63,856 nt of DNA from a bacterium (lineage in GTDB: Bacteria > Patescibacteriota > Minisyncoccia > Phycocordibacterales > Phycocordibacteraceae). Below, one piece after another: positions 37,739 through 47,156 of the stretch. Numbering within the stretch: position 1 is the first letter of the stretch; each line of letters begins with the position of its first letter. The DNA is taken from NCBI GenBank assembly GCA_021824605.1, contig JAKAKH010000007.1:1-63856 (forward strand). The letters run 5' to 3'. The notes beneath the pieces are model-generated. The model saw only the letters and a program-made list of their open reading frames with translations, ran no database searches and was not told where the DNA came from. Made by a program: the position numbers and the translations under genes.

Positions 37739-39253
37739 TTATGCGAAGCCAGGGAAGTAATCGGTTTTTATATGGAGCGGGGATACACCCATGTCACGCA
37801 GGGCGACTGTAAATGCGTCGATCATGCCATGAGGACCAGAAATGTAGAACAGCCGCTCTTTATAATCAGGGATTTCTTTGGCTATAAGGTCGCTCGTAAT
37901 GGTACCAGCATAGGTACCAGGTACCGGGCTCGGTTCATTCGTAAGAGCGTATACGGTCTTCAATCCTATCGCGCTCCCCGCAGCATCAAAGACTTCTTTA
38001 TACGCGATTTCAGAAGCTGTTTTATTTGAGTAGAGGAGGGTGATGTCTCGTGTGTCTTTCGTGTCGATGAGATACTGCACCATACTTCGGAAAGGAGTGA
38101 CACCAATGCCGCCGGCAATGAAGACGAGTTTTTTCTTTGCATCTCGCGGAAGGACAAAGTCTCCAGCGATATGGGATGCCGAGAGCGTATCATGCTCCTC
38201 CATTGCCCAGAGCGCACGCTTAAATGTGCTTGCGGGTTTGTAGAATTTCACGCCAAGTCGGACGACCTCTTCAGTCGGCGAAGAGGCGATCGTGAAGTAG
38301 CGACGATTGCCACGGTCATCACAGAAGCGATGACTCAGTGTCCATTCGAGATACTGTCCAGGACGGAACGTGAGTGGACGATCAGGAGCGAAAACAAATT
38401 CGAATGTCCCGGTCGCGAGTTCTCGCTTCTCAAGGAGTGTGAGAGTGAATCGCCCTTTCGGGCTTACGATATAGACGAATATATTGCCGATAAGCAAGGC
38501 AAGCTCTGGAGTGAAGTAGAACGAACCGAGATGAATGTTCGGCGCAAAAAGGAAGCCGACCAATGCACCATAAATGATTCTCGAGAGTCGGTTTGGAGGC
38601 ATCGTAAGCGGTTCTGTGAGCATCACGAATGCGAGGAAGAAGATGGCTGAGTGGAGGATCGTTTGCATCACTGCGGTGATAAAGTTGCCGCCATTTGCCG
38701 TGAGAATGATGGTGAAGAGAGAGACGACACCAAAGGCGATAACTAAATCGAATCGATGGATTTTCCGTACGATGAGGAGACCGCCAAGTACGACGAGCGG
38801 TAAGAGAGGAAGGTTCCCGCCGACCCACCAGGTGGCTGACTGTCCAAGTACGATGGCGCCGAGCGCGACGCCAAATGCGGCTGGGTTAAAAATGTGTTTT
38901 TTCCCAATGGCGAAAATGAATTTTGAGGCCATAGCCCACGCGGCGGCAAAGACAAGGAATCCGACACCGGCGTAGTTGGTTGGAGCAACTGGCGTGATGA
39001 TGAGGGAGAGAATGAGGCCGGTAATATAGACCGATTCCACATTCGGCATCGCCCCGAACCCTTTCACGAACAGCATATTTGTCACCCAGCTTGTCGCCAG
39101 AATTAGGAGTGTCGAGAAAGCGAGGTCACCCGGACTGTAGGGCAGGAGGGTAAAGAATCCGAAGACGGCTGCTGCAACGAGCAGAGTAATGAGGTAGTAC
39201 AGCACCAGGCGGTACATGGTAATTTTATTGAGGAAGTCGTCGACGAATTTCAT
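37739..39253 (-). CDS. fusion of an RnfD/NqrB-like membrane domain with an FNR-type FAD/NAD(P)H oxidoreductase domain
   Basis: The N-terminal polytopic part contains KHIFNPAAFG. The C-terminal part has RRYFTIASSP (FAD) and LVFIAGGIGVTPF (NAD(P)H). The ATG at 39253 abuts the upstream stop. Confidence 0.75.
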   Translation of the reverse strand: MKFVDDFLNKITMYRLVLYYLITLLVAAAVFGFFTLLPYSPGDLAFSTLLILATSWVTNMLFVKGFGAMPNVESVYITGLILSLIITPVAPTNYAGVGFLVFAAAWAMASKFIFAIGKKHIFNPAAFGVALGAIVLGQSATWWVGGNLPLLPLVVLGGLLIVRKIHRFDLVIAFGVVSLFTIILTANGGNFITAVMQTILHSAIFFLAFVMLTEPLTMPPNRLSRIIYGALVGFLFAPNIHLGSFYFTPELALLIGNIFVYIVSPKGRFTLTLLEKRELATGTFEFVFAPDRPLTFRPGQYLEWTLSHRFCDDRGNRRYFTIASSPTEEVVRLGVKFYKPASTFKRALWAMEEHDTLSASHIAGDFVLPRDAKKKLVFIAGGIGVTPFRSMVQYLIDTKDTRDITLLYSNKTASEIAYKEVFDAAGSAIGLKTVYALTNEPSPVPGTYAGTITSDLIAKEIPDYKERLFYISGPHGMIDAFTVALRDMGVSPLHIKTDYFPGFA

Positions 39254-39254
39254 A

Positions 39255-39911
39255 TTATCTTTTAGCAAGAGTAAGCGCAGAAGCAAGGGATTGCTGGAAC
39301 GCTTGGCTGGTAAAGGTTGCCCCGGACACGCCGTCTATCTGCGCGCTCTGTGCCTGGATGGCTTCCTGGGTGAGGAGCGGCATCGCCTGGCTGTTGATGT
39401 AGCGCGAATTACTGCGATCGTTTGGGTACTGGAGGAATTGCACATCTGCCAGCTGCCCGTTTTTTACAATGACTTGTACTTGGACAGTGCCATAGTAGGC
39501 GTCAGCGGGAGTTCCCGAGTACGAGCCATCGACATATTTTCCAAGGGGTTTGGGAGGCGTGGGCACCGGCGTTGGTGTCGGAGTGGGTGAGGGAGTTTGG
39601 GTGTGTGACGGGAGAGTGGTTGGCTGGGTGACGGGGAGCGTCGCTTCAGCTTGGGGTTGCGATGTTGAGCTGGTTAACTGCGCAAGTGTTTTTAAAAGTG
39701 CATCGTTTGCTGCTTGATACGATCGCCCTGTCGCCACAATGTCAGCAGAAGATGTTCCTCGTAAGGACGAAAGAGTGGCGAGCGAGGCATTGGTTGTGTC
39801 AAGGGTATGCTGCCATACCACATAAATTATGGACGCAACAATAAACCCGAGAGAGAGGAATAGTTTTTTGCGAGGCGCCGGATGGGTCGGTCTAACTTGA
39901 GAAAAACTCAT
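39255..39911 (-). CDS. membrane-anchored FMN-binding-domain protein (flavinylation target)
   Basis: It has a TM anchor, a Thr/Pro/Ser-rich linker, and an FMN_bind domain with the flavinylation motif DGVSGAT. Confidence 0.8.
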   Translation of the reverse strand: MSFSQVRPTHPAPRKKLFLSLGFIVASIIYVVWQHTLDTTNASLATLSSLRGTSSADIVATGRSYQAANDALLKTLAQLTSSTSQPQAEATLPVTQPTTLPSHTQTPSPTPTPTPVPTPPKPLGKYVDGSYSGTPADAYYGTVQVQVIVKNGQLADVQFLQYPNDRSNSRYINSQAMPLLTQEAIQAQSAQIDGVSGATFTSQAFQQSLASALTLAKR

Positions 39912-39951
39912 AGAAGTACTCTATAGATACACGCGAACGGTGGCATTTATT

Positions 39952-40662
39952 TCATTCATCTTTTGGAAGGATGCGAATACCGTACGCATAGATGGTCTCG
40001 CCTCGTACCCGAGCGGCGACGTAGACTTTGTCACCGATCGAAAGCTGTCCGAGATCAAACCCGTCGGGAGGAATAATCGACCAAGTTCCTTCGTCGCTAT
40101 CACGGTCGCTGTCGTTGTGAGAAATAGTGAAATACGATGGCGCAATATTGGTGACCTCGCCTCGATAGACTCCCTTATCTTGGTGTGAGTCATGGATACT
40201 TTCATACCAGTTTCCGAGAAGGGGGAGTTCGCCGTTGTCTGCCTTTGAAAGGAGGAATGTATGCAGCGGAGTGAAGCCGAGAAGGGTGCTGCCCACAAGA
40301 CCAACGACCAGTAGCCACAAGAAAATGCGGAGGAGGGGGAGTCGATATCCGAAACTAAAGTTACGGAGTAGCGCCTCGAGCAGAACAAAGAGTGCAAATA
40401 CGATAAGGAGCGTGAGCCACGGGAAGAGTGTGACAAATGTCGCGAGACCTTGTTCGCTGAACTCAAGAAGGAACTGCACCCCGCTTTCGCGGACGCTGAA
40501 GAATATAAAGCTGAGTATGAAGAGAGCGACGAGAAGAAGCACAAAGGCAGCAATGCCAATGAGGGCGGCGCGCAGTATGAAGTAGATACGTGGACGCATC
40601 AGCACCGCACCTTTGCGGATCTCTTCGAGCACGTTCTTTTGGATGTCATTCTCCGGTAACAT
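39952..40662 (-). CDS. polytopic membrane protein, putative anti-sigma factor
   Basis: It overlaps the sigma gene end by 17 nt. It has four TM helices and a C-terminal soluble domain. No family is recognised. Confidence 0.45.
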   Translation of the reverse strand: MLPENDIQKNVLEEIRKGAVLMRPRIYFILRAALIGIAAFVLLLVALFILSFIFFSVRESGVQFLLEFSEQGLATFVTLFPWLTLLIVFALFVLLEALLRNFSFGYRLPLLRIFLWLLVVGLVGSTLLGFTPLHTFLLSKADNGELPLLGNWYESIHDSHQDKGVYRGEVTNIAPSYFTISHNDSDRDSDEGTWSIIPPDGFDLGQLSIGDKVYVAARVRGETIYAYGIRILPKDE

Positions 40663-41203
40663 ATTTTTTTAAGGCTTCACGAGCGCGACGCAAGCGGATA
40701 CCAACTGTCCCGATAGGCACGTGAAGGATCTCCGCGATTTCTTGGTATTCGAGCTGCTCGACATAATAGAGAATGATAACTTCTCGGTAGATTGGTACAA
40801 GGGCACTGAGACCCGTATCAATAAGCGTTTTCATTTGTTCGCGCTCTTCGTCGCCTGCCGGATCTATCTCGTAGGCGGCGTGGGCTGAGAACATATCCAG
40901 GTCGACGGCGATGAAGGGCTGACGACTGTTCGATCGGAGCGCATTCACAAAGAGGTTATGGGCAATGCGGTAGATCCAGGGCGAGAACGGTCGCGTCGTG
41001 TCGAATTCCTGAATATTTTGATAGGTTTTGATGAATACTTCTTGCACGACGTCTTCGATAGGTGCCACATCGAGCAGGAATCTTCTTCCGTAGCGCAGAA
41101 GCTTGGGTTGGTACCTACTCATAAGTACACCAAACGCGTCCTCATTCTTTCCCTGGACGAGTGCAGCAAGCTCTTCATCAGTTTTCTGGCTGAGCGCCTC
41201 CAT
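40646..41203 (-). CDS. ECF-type RNA polymerase sigma-70 factor
   Basis: Region 2 (YRIAHNLFVNALR) and region 4 (YQEIAEILHVPIGTVGIRLRRAR) are present. The alternative start at 41257 adds 18 aa. Confidence 0.85.
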   Translation of the reverse strand: MEALSQKTDEELAALVQGKNEDAFGVLMSRYQPKLLRYGRRFLLDVAPIEDVVQEVFIKTYQNIQEFDTTRPFSPWIYRIAHNLFVNALRSNSRQPFIAVDLDMFSAHAAYEIDPAGDEEREQMKTLIDTGLSALVPIYREVIILYYVEQLEYQEIAEILHVPIGTVGIRLRRAREALKKYVTGE

Positions 41204-41284
41204 GTCTTTGTAGTATACCCCGGAGAAGGAAACATTCGTCGCGGACCGGTGTACCATAGGTACTATTCACTAATTATTTTCACT

Positions 41285-42526
41285 ATGGCTGCCTTCCAAT
41301 ATTTTAAAGAAAATTTACGTGCCTCGGCACAGCTAATCGGTCTCTCGGATGCAGAACTGGAGACATTTCAGAAACCCGATCGTATCTTGCGAGCGGATCT
41401 TACTATTCCGCTTGATGCGGGTGGGACTGCCTCATTTCCGGCCTATCGGGTCCAATTTAATAATGCGCGTGGTCCATACAAGGGTGGTATTCGCTTCCAC
41501 CCCGGTGCTGACGAAGACGAAGTGCTCGCGCTTGCCGCTATGATGGCGGTGAAATGCGCCGTAGTCGGCATCCCGCTTGGGGGTGCGAAAGGGGGTATTG
41601 CTGTTGATCCGAAAAAACTGTCTTCGAGCGAGGTGACAGCACTCTCGCGGGCGTATGTCCGTGCCTTTGCTGAGCATCTTGGTCCCGATACGGATATTCC
41701 CGCGCCAGACGTGTACACAACACCAGAGATCATGGCGGTGATGCTTGATGAGTATGAGCGTCATATGGGTAAGAGTCTTCCTGCGATGATCACGGGGAAA
41801 CCGCTTTCCATCGGCGGAAGTCTCGGGCGCGACACGGCGACCGCAGACGGTGCGGTGGCAGTGCTCAGTGCTTTTCTTGAAGATCGAGGACTCGATGCGA
41901 CTCGACTGTCAGCGGCAGTGCAGGGAGCGGGGAATGCGGGAGCACAGGCGGCGCGCCTCCTCGAGCAGATGGGGACTCGAGTTATCGCCCTTGCGGATTC
42001 GAAAGGCACACTCTTGCGGGAAGAGGGTCTTCCCATTGCGTCGGTGCTGGCGGTCAAAGAGCAGGCGGGTTCAGTGCTCGATGCGGCGGTAGCGGCAACA
42101 GAGCGAGCCGATTCAGCAGCGGTACTGCAGAGTCAGGCGGATCTATTTGTTCCCGCAGCACTCGAGGAGCAAGTGACAAAAGCAACGGTCACAGATATGC
42201 ACGCGGGCATTATCTTGGAAATAGCAAATGGTCCGGTGACCCCCGACGCAGACGCTGAGCTTGCCACCCGTGGTGTCACCATTATTCCTGACGTGCTTGC
42301 GAACGCCGGGGGTGTGACCGTCTCCTATTTTGAATGGATACAGAATCGTACCGGTGAGCGGTGGAGTCGGGCGATCGTTGAGACAAAGCTTGCCGAAACA
42401 ATGCGGCATGCGTATCGCGAAGTCGCTGATTTCGCCACAGAACGCGGGGTACCGCTGCGGCAGGCAGCGTATGCCCTCGCGCTCACGCGCATTACGGACG
42501 CCATGAAAGTACGAGGTCGACTCTAA
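41285..42526 (+). CDS. gdhA: glutamate dehydrogenase
   Basis: Motifs KGGIRFHP and GGAKGG are present, with an NAD(P) fold (VQGAGNAG). The ATG at 41285 removes the overlap with the sigma gene. Confidence 0.9.
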   Translation: MAAFQYFKENLRASAQLIGLSDAELETFQKPDRILRADLTIPLDAGGTASFPAYRVQFNNARGPYKGGIRFHPGADEDEVLALAAMMAVKCAVVGIPLGGAKGGIAVDPKKLSSSEVTALSRAYVRAFAEHLGPDTDIPAPDVYTTPEIMAVMLDEYERHMGKSLPAMITGKPLSIGGSLGRDTATADGAVAVLSAFLEDRGLDATRLSAAVQGAGNAGAQAARLLEQMGTRVIALADSKGTLLREEGLPIASVLAVKEQAGSVLDAAVAATERADSAAVLQSQADLFVPAALEEQVTKATVTDMHAGIILEIANGPVTPDADAELATRGVTIIPDVLANAGGVTVSYFEWIQNRTGERWSRAIVETKLAETMRHAYREVADFATERGVPLRQAAYALALTRITDAMKVRGRL

Positions 42527-43530
42527 GGAGCCGGGACGATATTCGTCGGTGTGTCGGCAGCAAAATTCCGTATATTGTCGAGCGTGGTGTTGATAATACG
42601 TATCACTGCTTCGGTAGTATTGAATCCTGCGTGGGGGGTCACAATGACGCGGGGGTGCGAGATAAGGTAGTGATTCTCAAGTGTGATCCTGAGCGCGGCT
42701 TCGTTCGGGTGTGGCTGGGCGAGCAGTACCATCTCGTCGTTGAGGTCGCCTTCTTCCTCGAGCACATCGAGTCCTGCTCCTGCGAGCGTGCCATTACGAA
42801 GCGCTTCGACGAGCGCTTCTGTCTCGACGACGGCGCCGCGTGAGGTGTTGATGAGGTAGGATCCTTTCTTCATCATACCGATATTGTCTTTATTGATGAG
42901 GTGGTGCGTATGTGGGTTGTAGGGCACGTGCAGCGAGACGATGTCCGACTGCGCAAGGAGGTCGGGAAGCGAAGCGTAGGTGAAGTGGTTGTCGCGGGCA
43001 CGTGCTTCGTCGGGGTGGGTCTCGAAACCGAGCACTTTCATGCCAAAACCGTTCGCGATGCGAATGGTGTGCATACCGATGTGTCCGCAGCCAATGACGC
43101 CGAGTGTCTTACCCTGAAGATCAAATCCGCGAAGCCCGCTTGGCGAGAAGGCCCCTGACTGGACAAGTGCTTCAGCTTCGAGAATACGGCGCGACAATGC
43201 AAGAATGAGTGCGAACGCAAATTCGGCGACGGTATTTTCACCGTAAGAAGGAACCGTGGCTACGGTAATGCCGCGGGCTTTGGTTGCCGCAAGATCGATA
43301 TGGTCGAACCCGGTCGAACGGGTCGCAATAAGTTTGACAGCCGGGAAGCGATCCAGTTCTGCTTCGCCAATAGGAGAGTCGATAAAAATACTGAGGACGG
43401 TTGCCTCAGGATCGGTTAAGTCAGGGTATGCGCTGAGCGGCTTCTCGTGGAAGGTAATCTGTTCGTTGGTAAGTTTTTCGCGCACATATGCCTCCTCCCA
43501 CGCCTCGCCCGAAAAGTAATGAATATTCAT
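42523..43530 (-). CDS. D-isomer-specific 2-hydroxyacid dehydrogenase (glycerate/hydroxypyruvate or lactate type)
   Basis: GVIGCGHIGMHT is the NAD motif, with a catalytic Arg/Glu/His context (NTSRG...TPHAG). Confidence 0.85.
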   Translation of the reverse strand: MNIHYFSGEAWEEAYVREKLTNEQITFHEKPLSAYPDLTDPEATVLSIFIDSPIGEAELDRFPAVKLIATRSTGFDHIDLAATKARGITVATVPSYGENTVAEFAFALILALSRRILEAEALVQSGAFSPSGLRGFDLQGKTLGVIGCGHIGMHTIRIANGFGMKVLGFETHPDEARARDNHFTYASLPDLLAQSDIVSLHVPYNPHTHHLINKDNIGMMKKGSYLINTSRGAVVETEALVEALRNGTLAGAGLDVLEEEGDLNDEMVLLAQPHPNEAALRITLENHYLISHPRVIVTPHAGFNTTEAVIRIINTTLDNIRNFAADTPTNIVPAP

Positions 43531-43539
43531 ACGTTTATT

Positions 43540-44730
43540 TTACACCGTTTCAGTTTCGCGTTCTATAGCGAGTAAGCGCTCGTATTTCTCAAGACGCTCT
43601 TTCTGACCGAGACCGCCAGCTTTAATACCATGGGCGCCGACGCCGTAGGCAAAGTCAGCGATAAATGTGTCATCAGTCTCGCCCGAGCGGTGTGAGGCAA
43701 TGGGTTCCCATCCTGCAGCGAAAGTTGCTTGGACAGCCTGGAGCGCCTCCTCCACCGTCCCCACCTGATTTGGCTTAATAAGTACGGCATTAATTTCTCT
43801 TGCTCTGCGGGCGCTCGCGATGCGTGCCGGCGTAGTGACCGTGAGGTCATCGCCGACGATGAGTACCCGCTCTCCTAGGCGGGCTGTAAGCTCGGTAAAG
43901 TCGGTATGTGCGTCCTCCGCGAACGGATCTTCGATACTGTGGAAAGGGAAGCGCGAAATGAGTTGCTCGTAGACCGTTGCCAATTCGTCGGCGGTGTACG
44001 ACTTCCCGAGAAGCTGGTAGTGGCCGCCCTGGAAGAGTTCACTTGCGGCCGCATCGATAGCAATCGAGGTACCGGGAAGCGTGCTCACGAGATCGCTCAG
44101 AAGTTCGAATGGTTTCTCGAGAGTGTCAAACGTGGGTGCGTAGCCACCCTCGTCGCCCATTGGGACACCAGCGCCGAGCCGCTCACCGAGTTTCGTAAAA
44201 GCTTCTTGTGCAAGAGGCAGGGCGTCGCTTGTCTTCCCGTCGACGACGAGAATATATTCTTGAAACGGGAGTTGGAAATTTGCATGGACACCGCCATTCA
44301 TCACGTTCACATAGAGACGGGGTGCTCGGGATGGTGTGTTCGCGCGCAGCGCGATAGCTTTCCAGAGTGGCTGTCCTGTCGCTTGGGCGAAAAGGCGTTG
44401 TGTCGCTATCGAGACCGAGAGAATGGCATTTGCGCCGAGGCGCGACTTATTCTCAGTCCCATCAAGCGCAATGAGTGTAGCGTCGAGCTCGTCAGGGGTA
44501 GCGAATTCGCGCGACGTGAGGGCACCGGCAATCTCTCCGGTGACATGTGCGAGAGCCTGTGCGACACTCCCGTCAGGGTCGCGCAATTCGAGTGCCTCGT
44601 GACTCCCGGTACTTTTCCCTGAAGGGACTGAGGCAGTCGCGGTGAGTTCTCCGGCGATGAGAGTTGTTTCGAGCGTGGGACGTCCGCGAGTGTCGAGTAT
44701 TGAACGAGCACGAACTGTGTCGAGACGCAT
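43540..44730 (-). CDS. eno: enolase (short form, 396 aa)
   Basis: The N-terminus is RARSILDTRGRPTLE...SVPSGKSTGSHEALELRD, with the C-terminal SHRSGETDD motif. Confidence 0.88.
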   Translation of the reverse strand: MRLDTVRARSILDTRGRPTLETTLIAGELTATASVPSGKSTGSHEALELRDPDGSVAQALAHVTGEIAGALTSREFATPDELDATLIALDGTENKSRLGANAILSVSIATQRLFAQATGQPLWKAIALRANTPSRAPRLYVNVMNGGVHANFQLPFQEYILVVDGKTSDALPLAQEAFTKLGERLGAGVPMGDEGGYAPTFDTLEKPFELLSDLVSTLPGTSIAIDAAASELFQGGHYQLLGKSYTADELATVYEQLISRFPFHSIEDPFAEDAHTDFTELTARLGERVLIVGDDLTVTTPARIASARRAREINAVLIKPNQVGTVEEALQAVQATFAAGWEPIASHRSGETDDTFIADFAYGVGAHGIKAGGLGQKERLEKYERLLAIERETETV

Positions 44731-44733
44731 ACG

Positions 44734-47154
44734 CTAGCGGGAGAGTTTCTCCTCTATCTCTGCAACGTGCTCAATCGTTTTCACGACGGAGTCAGGATTG
44801 AGCGACATACTTTCAATGCCTTCTTGCACCAAGAATGCTGCGAAATCAGGGAGGTCAGAAGGACCTTGTCCGCAGATGCCGATATATTTCCCGCGGGCGG
44901 TACACTTGCGAATCACCTGGCTGATGAGTGCACGGACTGCTTCGTCATTTTCATTACTAATATGGGTGACAATGCCTGAGTCGCGGTCGAGCCCAAGCGT
45001 GAGCTGCGTCAGGTCGTTACTCCCAATCGACATGCCGTCAAATAGATCGAGAAATTCTTCGGCGAGGAGTACGTTACTCGGGATTTCACACATCATATAG
45101 ACCGGAGTGGTTGTCTCAGCGCCTTTTGCAAGTGATTTTGCAACGAGACCGTATTCCGCCATACTCGCGAGCACCTGTTCTGCTTCGTGTGTTGTGCGGC
45201 AGAAAGGAATCATCGGAATGACGTTATCGAGTCCCATATCGGTGCGCACTTTCACAAGTGCACGGCACTCAAGACCGAACGCCTCTTTGAACTTCGGGTC
45301 GTAGTAGCGTGAGGCACCACGCCACCCCAGCATAGGATTCTCTTCTTGCGGTTCATAAGGCTCTCCGCCAAGAAGAGTCGAATATTCATTTGTCTTGAAA
45401 TCGGAGAAGCGAACGATGACGGGTCGTGGTGCGAAAGCCGCACCAATCTTCGCGATGCCATACGCGAGATTGTCGACGTAGAAATCAACAGGATCCTTCC
45501 ATCCGCGCATTTTTTGTGCGAGCGCGGCACGGACTTTGGGTGGCTGCTTTTTGTAATTGAGTAGCGCCAGCGGATGGACGCCAATGTGTGAGGCGATAAT
45601 GAACTCCTCTCGTGCGAGGCCGACTCCCGAGACGGGCAGGAATGAATTCTCAAGCGCGATATCAGGTGAAGCGATATTCACCATAATTTTCGTCTCTGTT
45701 TTTGGAAGCGTCCCGAGAGCATGTTCGCGCACAGTGATGTTCGCTTTGCCGGCAGTAATAATGCCGGCGCTCCCGGTGGTATCGACCGTGACGAGAGTGC
45801 TCTTTTTAAAGACTTTGGTAGCGTTGCCCGCCCCGACGATAGCAGGGAGACCGAGCTCTCTCGAGACAATCGCTGCGTGGCTCGTGCGACCACCTTCGTC
45901 AGTCACAATGGCACTCGCCATCTTCATAATAGGTTCCCAGTCAGGGTCAGTCATCGTGGTTACCAGGATCTCGCCCTGTTTGAATTCTCGAATTTGTTTC
46001 GGACTCAGAATAAGGTGAGTCTTGCCGGTCGCAGCTTTCGCGCCAACTGAAATACCTCGCGCAAGTTCTTTCCCTTGGCCAGTGACGGTGTATTCGACGA
46101 GTTTTGAGATATCGCGATCAGCCTGGACGGTCTCGGGGCGTGCTTGCACGATGAAGAGTTCTCCTGTGATACCATCTTTCGCCCATTCCATATCCATCGG
46201 CGTCCATTTCTTCGCGCGCTCTGAGTAATGAGTCTCGATCGTAGCTCCCCAGGTAGCCATGGTGATGATCTCCTCATCCGTGAGGACAAATCGCCCGGTA
46301 TCCTTCGGCGGCGTTGCGACGATCTTGGTCTGTTCGACTGCCGATTTCCCGGTGGCATAGATCATCTTCTTTGCATTGGTGCCGATTTTTTTCCAAATGA
46401 TAGGTGACGCAACTTTGCCGATTCTCGATTTCGACACAAGGTATTCGTCGGGAGTCACAAATCCTTGCACAATCATTTCACCGAGACCATAGGTAGCATT
46501 CACGACGACGACGTCACGGAACCCGCTTTCGGTATCAACGGTGAACATAACACCCGACGCGCCCTTATCGCTGCGTACCATTTTCTGTACCCCAACCGAT
46601 AGAGCGACTTTCATATGATCGAATCCACGATCAGCACGATACGAGATGGCCCGGTCCGTAAAGAGGGAGGCCATTGTCCATAGCGACGCACGCACGACAT
46701 CTTTTGCTCCGCGTATGTTGAGGTAGGTTTCTTGTTCTCCGGCAAAGGAGGCACCAGGAAGATCCTCAGCGGTGGCTGAACTGCGAACCGCCACGTCAGT
46801 CCCTTTCCCATACTGTTGTTCCATTTTCTCGTACGCAGTCACGATAGCCTGTTCGAGGTCAGCCGGCAGGCGGGTCACGCGCATCTTCTCGCGTATGAGT
46901 TTGCCGCAGCGAGCAAGCTCTTTCAGATTTTTAGTATTTAGTCCGGCAAGGGTCTTTTCGATAAAGAGATCGAGTCCGGTCTCCTTGAGGTAGTGGTAGT
47001 AGGCGGCCGCAGTGATAGCGAAGCCGTGTGGGATGCGCACGCCCTTTGGTTCAACGGCACGGATGAGTTCGCCAAGCGAGGCATTCTTGCCGCCGACCTG
47101 CGCGACGTTGTCCATACTGATATCTTCAAACCAGAGAATAAAAGGATCAGTCAT
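44734..47154 (-). CDS. ppsA: phosphoenolpyruvate synthase (pyruvate, water dikinase)
   Basis: 806 aa with VGGKNASLGE, the phosphohistidine domain GGRTSHAAIVSRELG, and a PEP-utilising C-terminal TIM barrel. Confidence 0.93.
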   Translation of the reverse strand: MTDPFILWFEDISMDNVAQVGGKNASLGELIRAVEPKGVRIPHGFAITAAAYYHYLKETGLDLFIEKTLAGLNTKNLKELARCGKLIREKMRVTRLPADLEQAIVTAYEKMEQQYGKGTDVAVRSSATAEDLPGASFAGEQETYLNIRGAKDVVRASLWTMASLFTDRAISYRADRGFDHMKVALSVGVQKMVRSDKGASGVMFTVDTESGFRDVVVVNATYGLGEMIVQGFVTPDEYLVSKSRIGKVASPIIWKKIGTNAKKMIYATGKSAVEQTKIVATPPKDTGRFVLTDEEIITMATWGATIETHYSERAKKWTPMDMEWAKDGITGELFIVQARPETVQADRDISKLVEYTVTGQGKELARGISVGAKAATGKTHLILSPKQIREFKQGEILVTTMTDPDWEPIMKMASAIVTDEGGRTSHAAIVSRELGLPAIVGAGNATKVFKKSTLVTVDTTGSAGIITAGKANITVREHALGTLPKTETKIMVNIASPDIALENSFLPVSGVGLAREEFIIASHIGVHPLALLNYKKQPPKVRAALAQKMRGWKDPVDFYVDNLAYGIAKIGAAFAPRPVIVRFSDFKTNEYSTLLGGEPYEPQEENPMLGWRGASRYYDPKFKEAFGLECRALVKVRTDMGLDNVIPMIPFCRTTHEAEQVLASMAEYGLVAKSLAKGAETTTPVYMMCEIPSNVLLAEEFLDLFDGMSIGSNDLTQLTLGLDRDSGIVTHISNENDEAVRALISQVIRKCTARGKYIGICGQGPSDLPDFAAFLVQEGIESMSLNPDSVVKTIEHVAEIEEKLSR

Positions 47155-47156
47155 AG

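Noticed and set aside
39921-40559. A 212-aa minus-strand ORF overlapping 39952-40662 in another frame.
   Set aside because: It has a Ser/Leu/Cys-rich, low-complexity translation. The 39952-40662 frame gives clean TM helices and is coupled to the sigma-factor gene.
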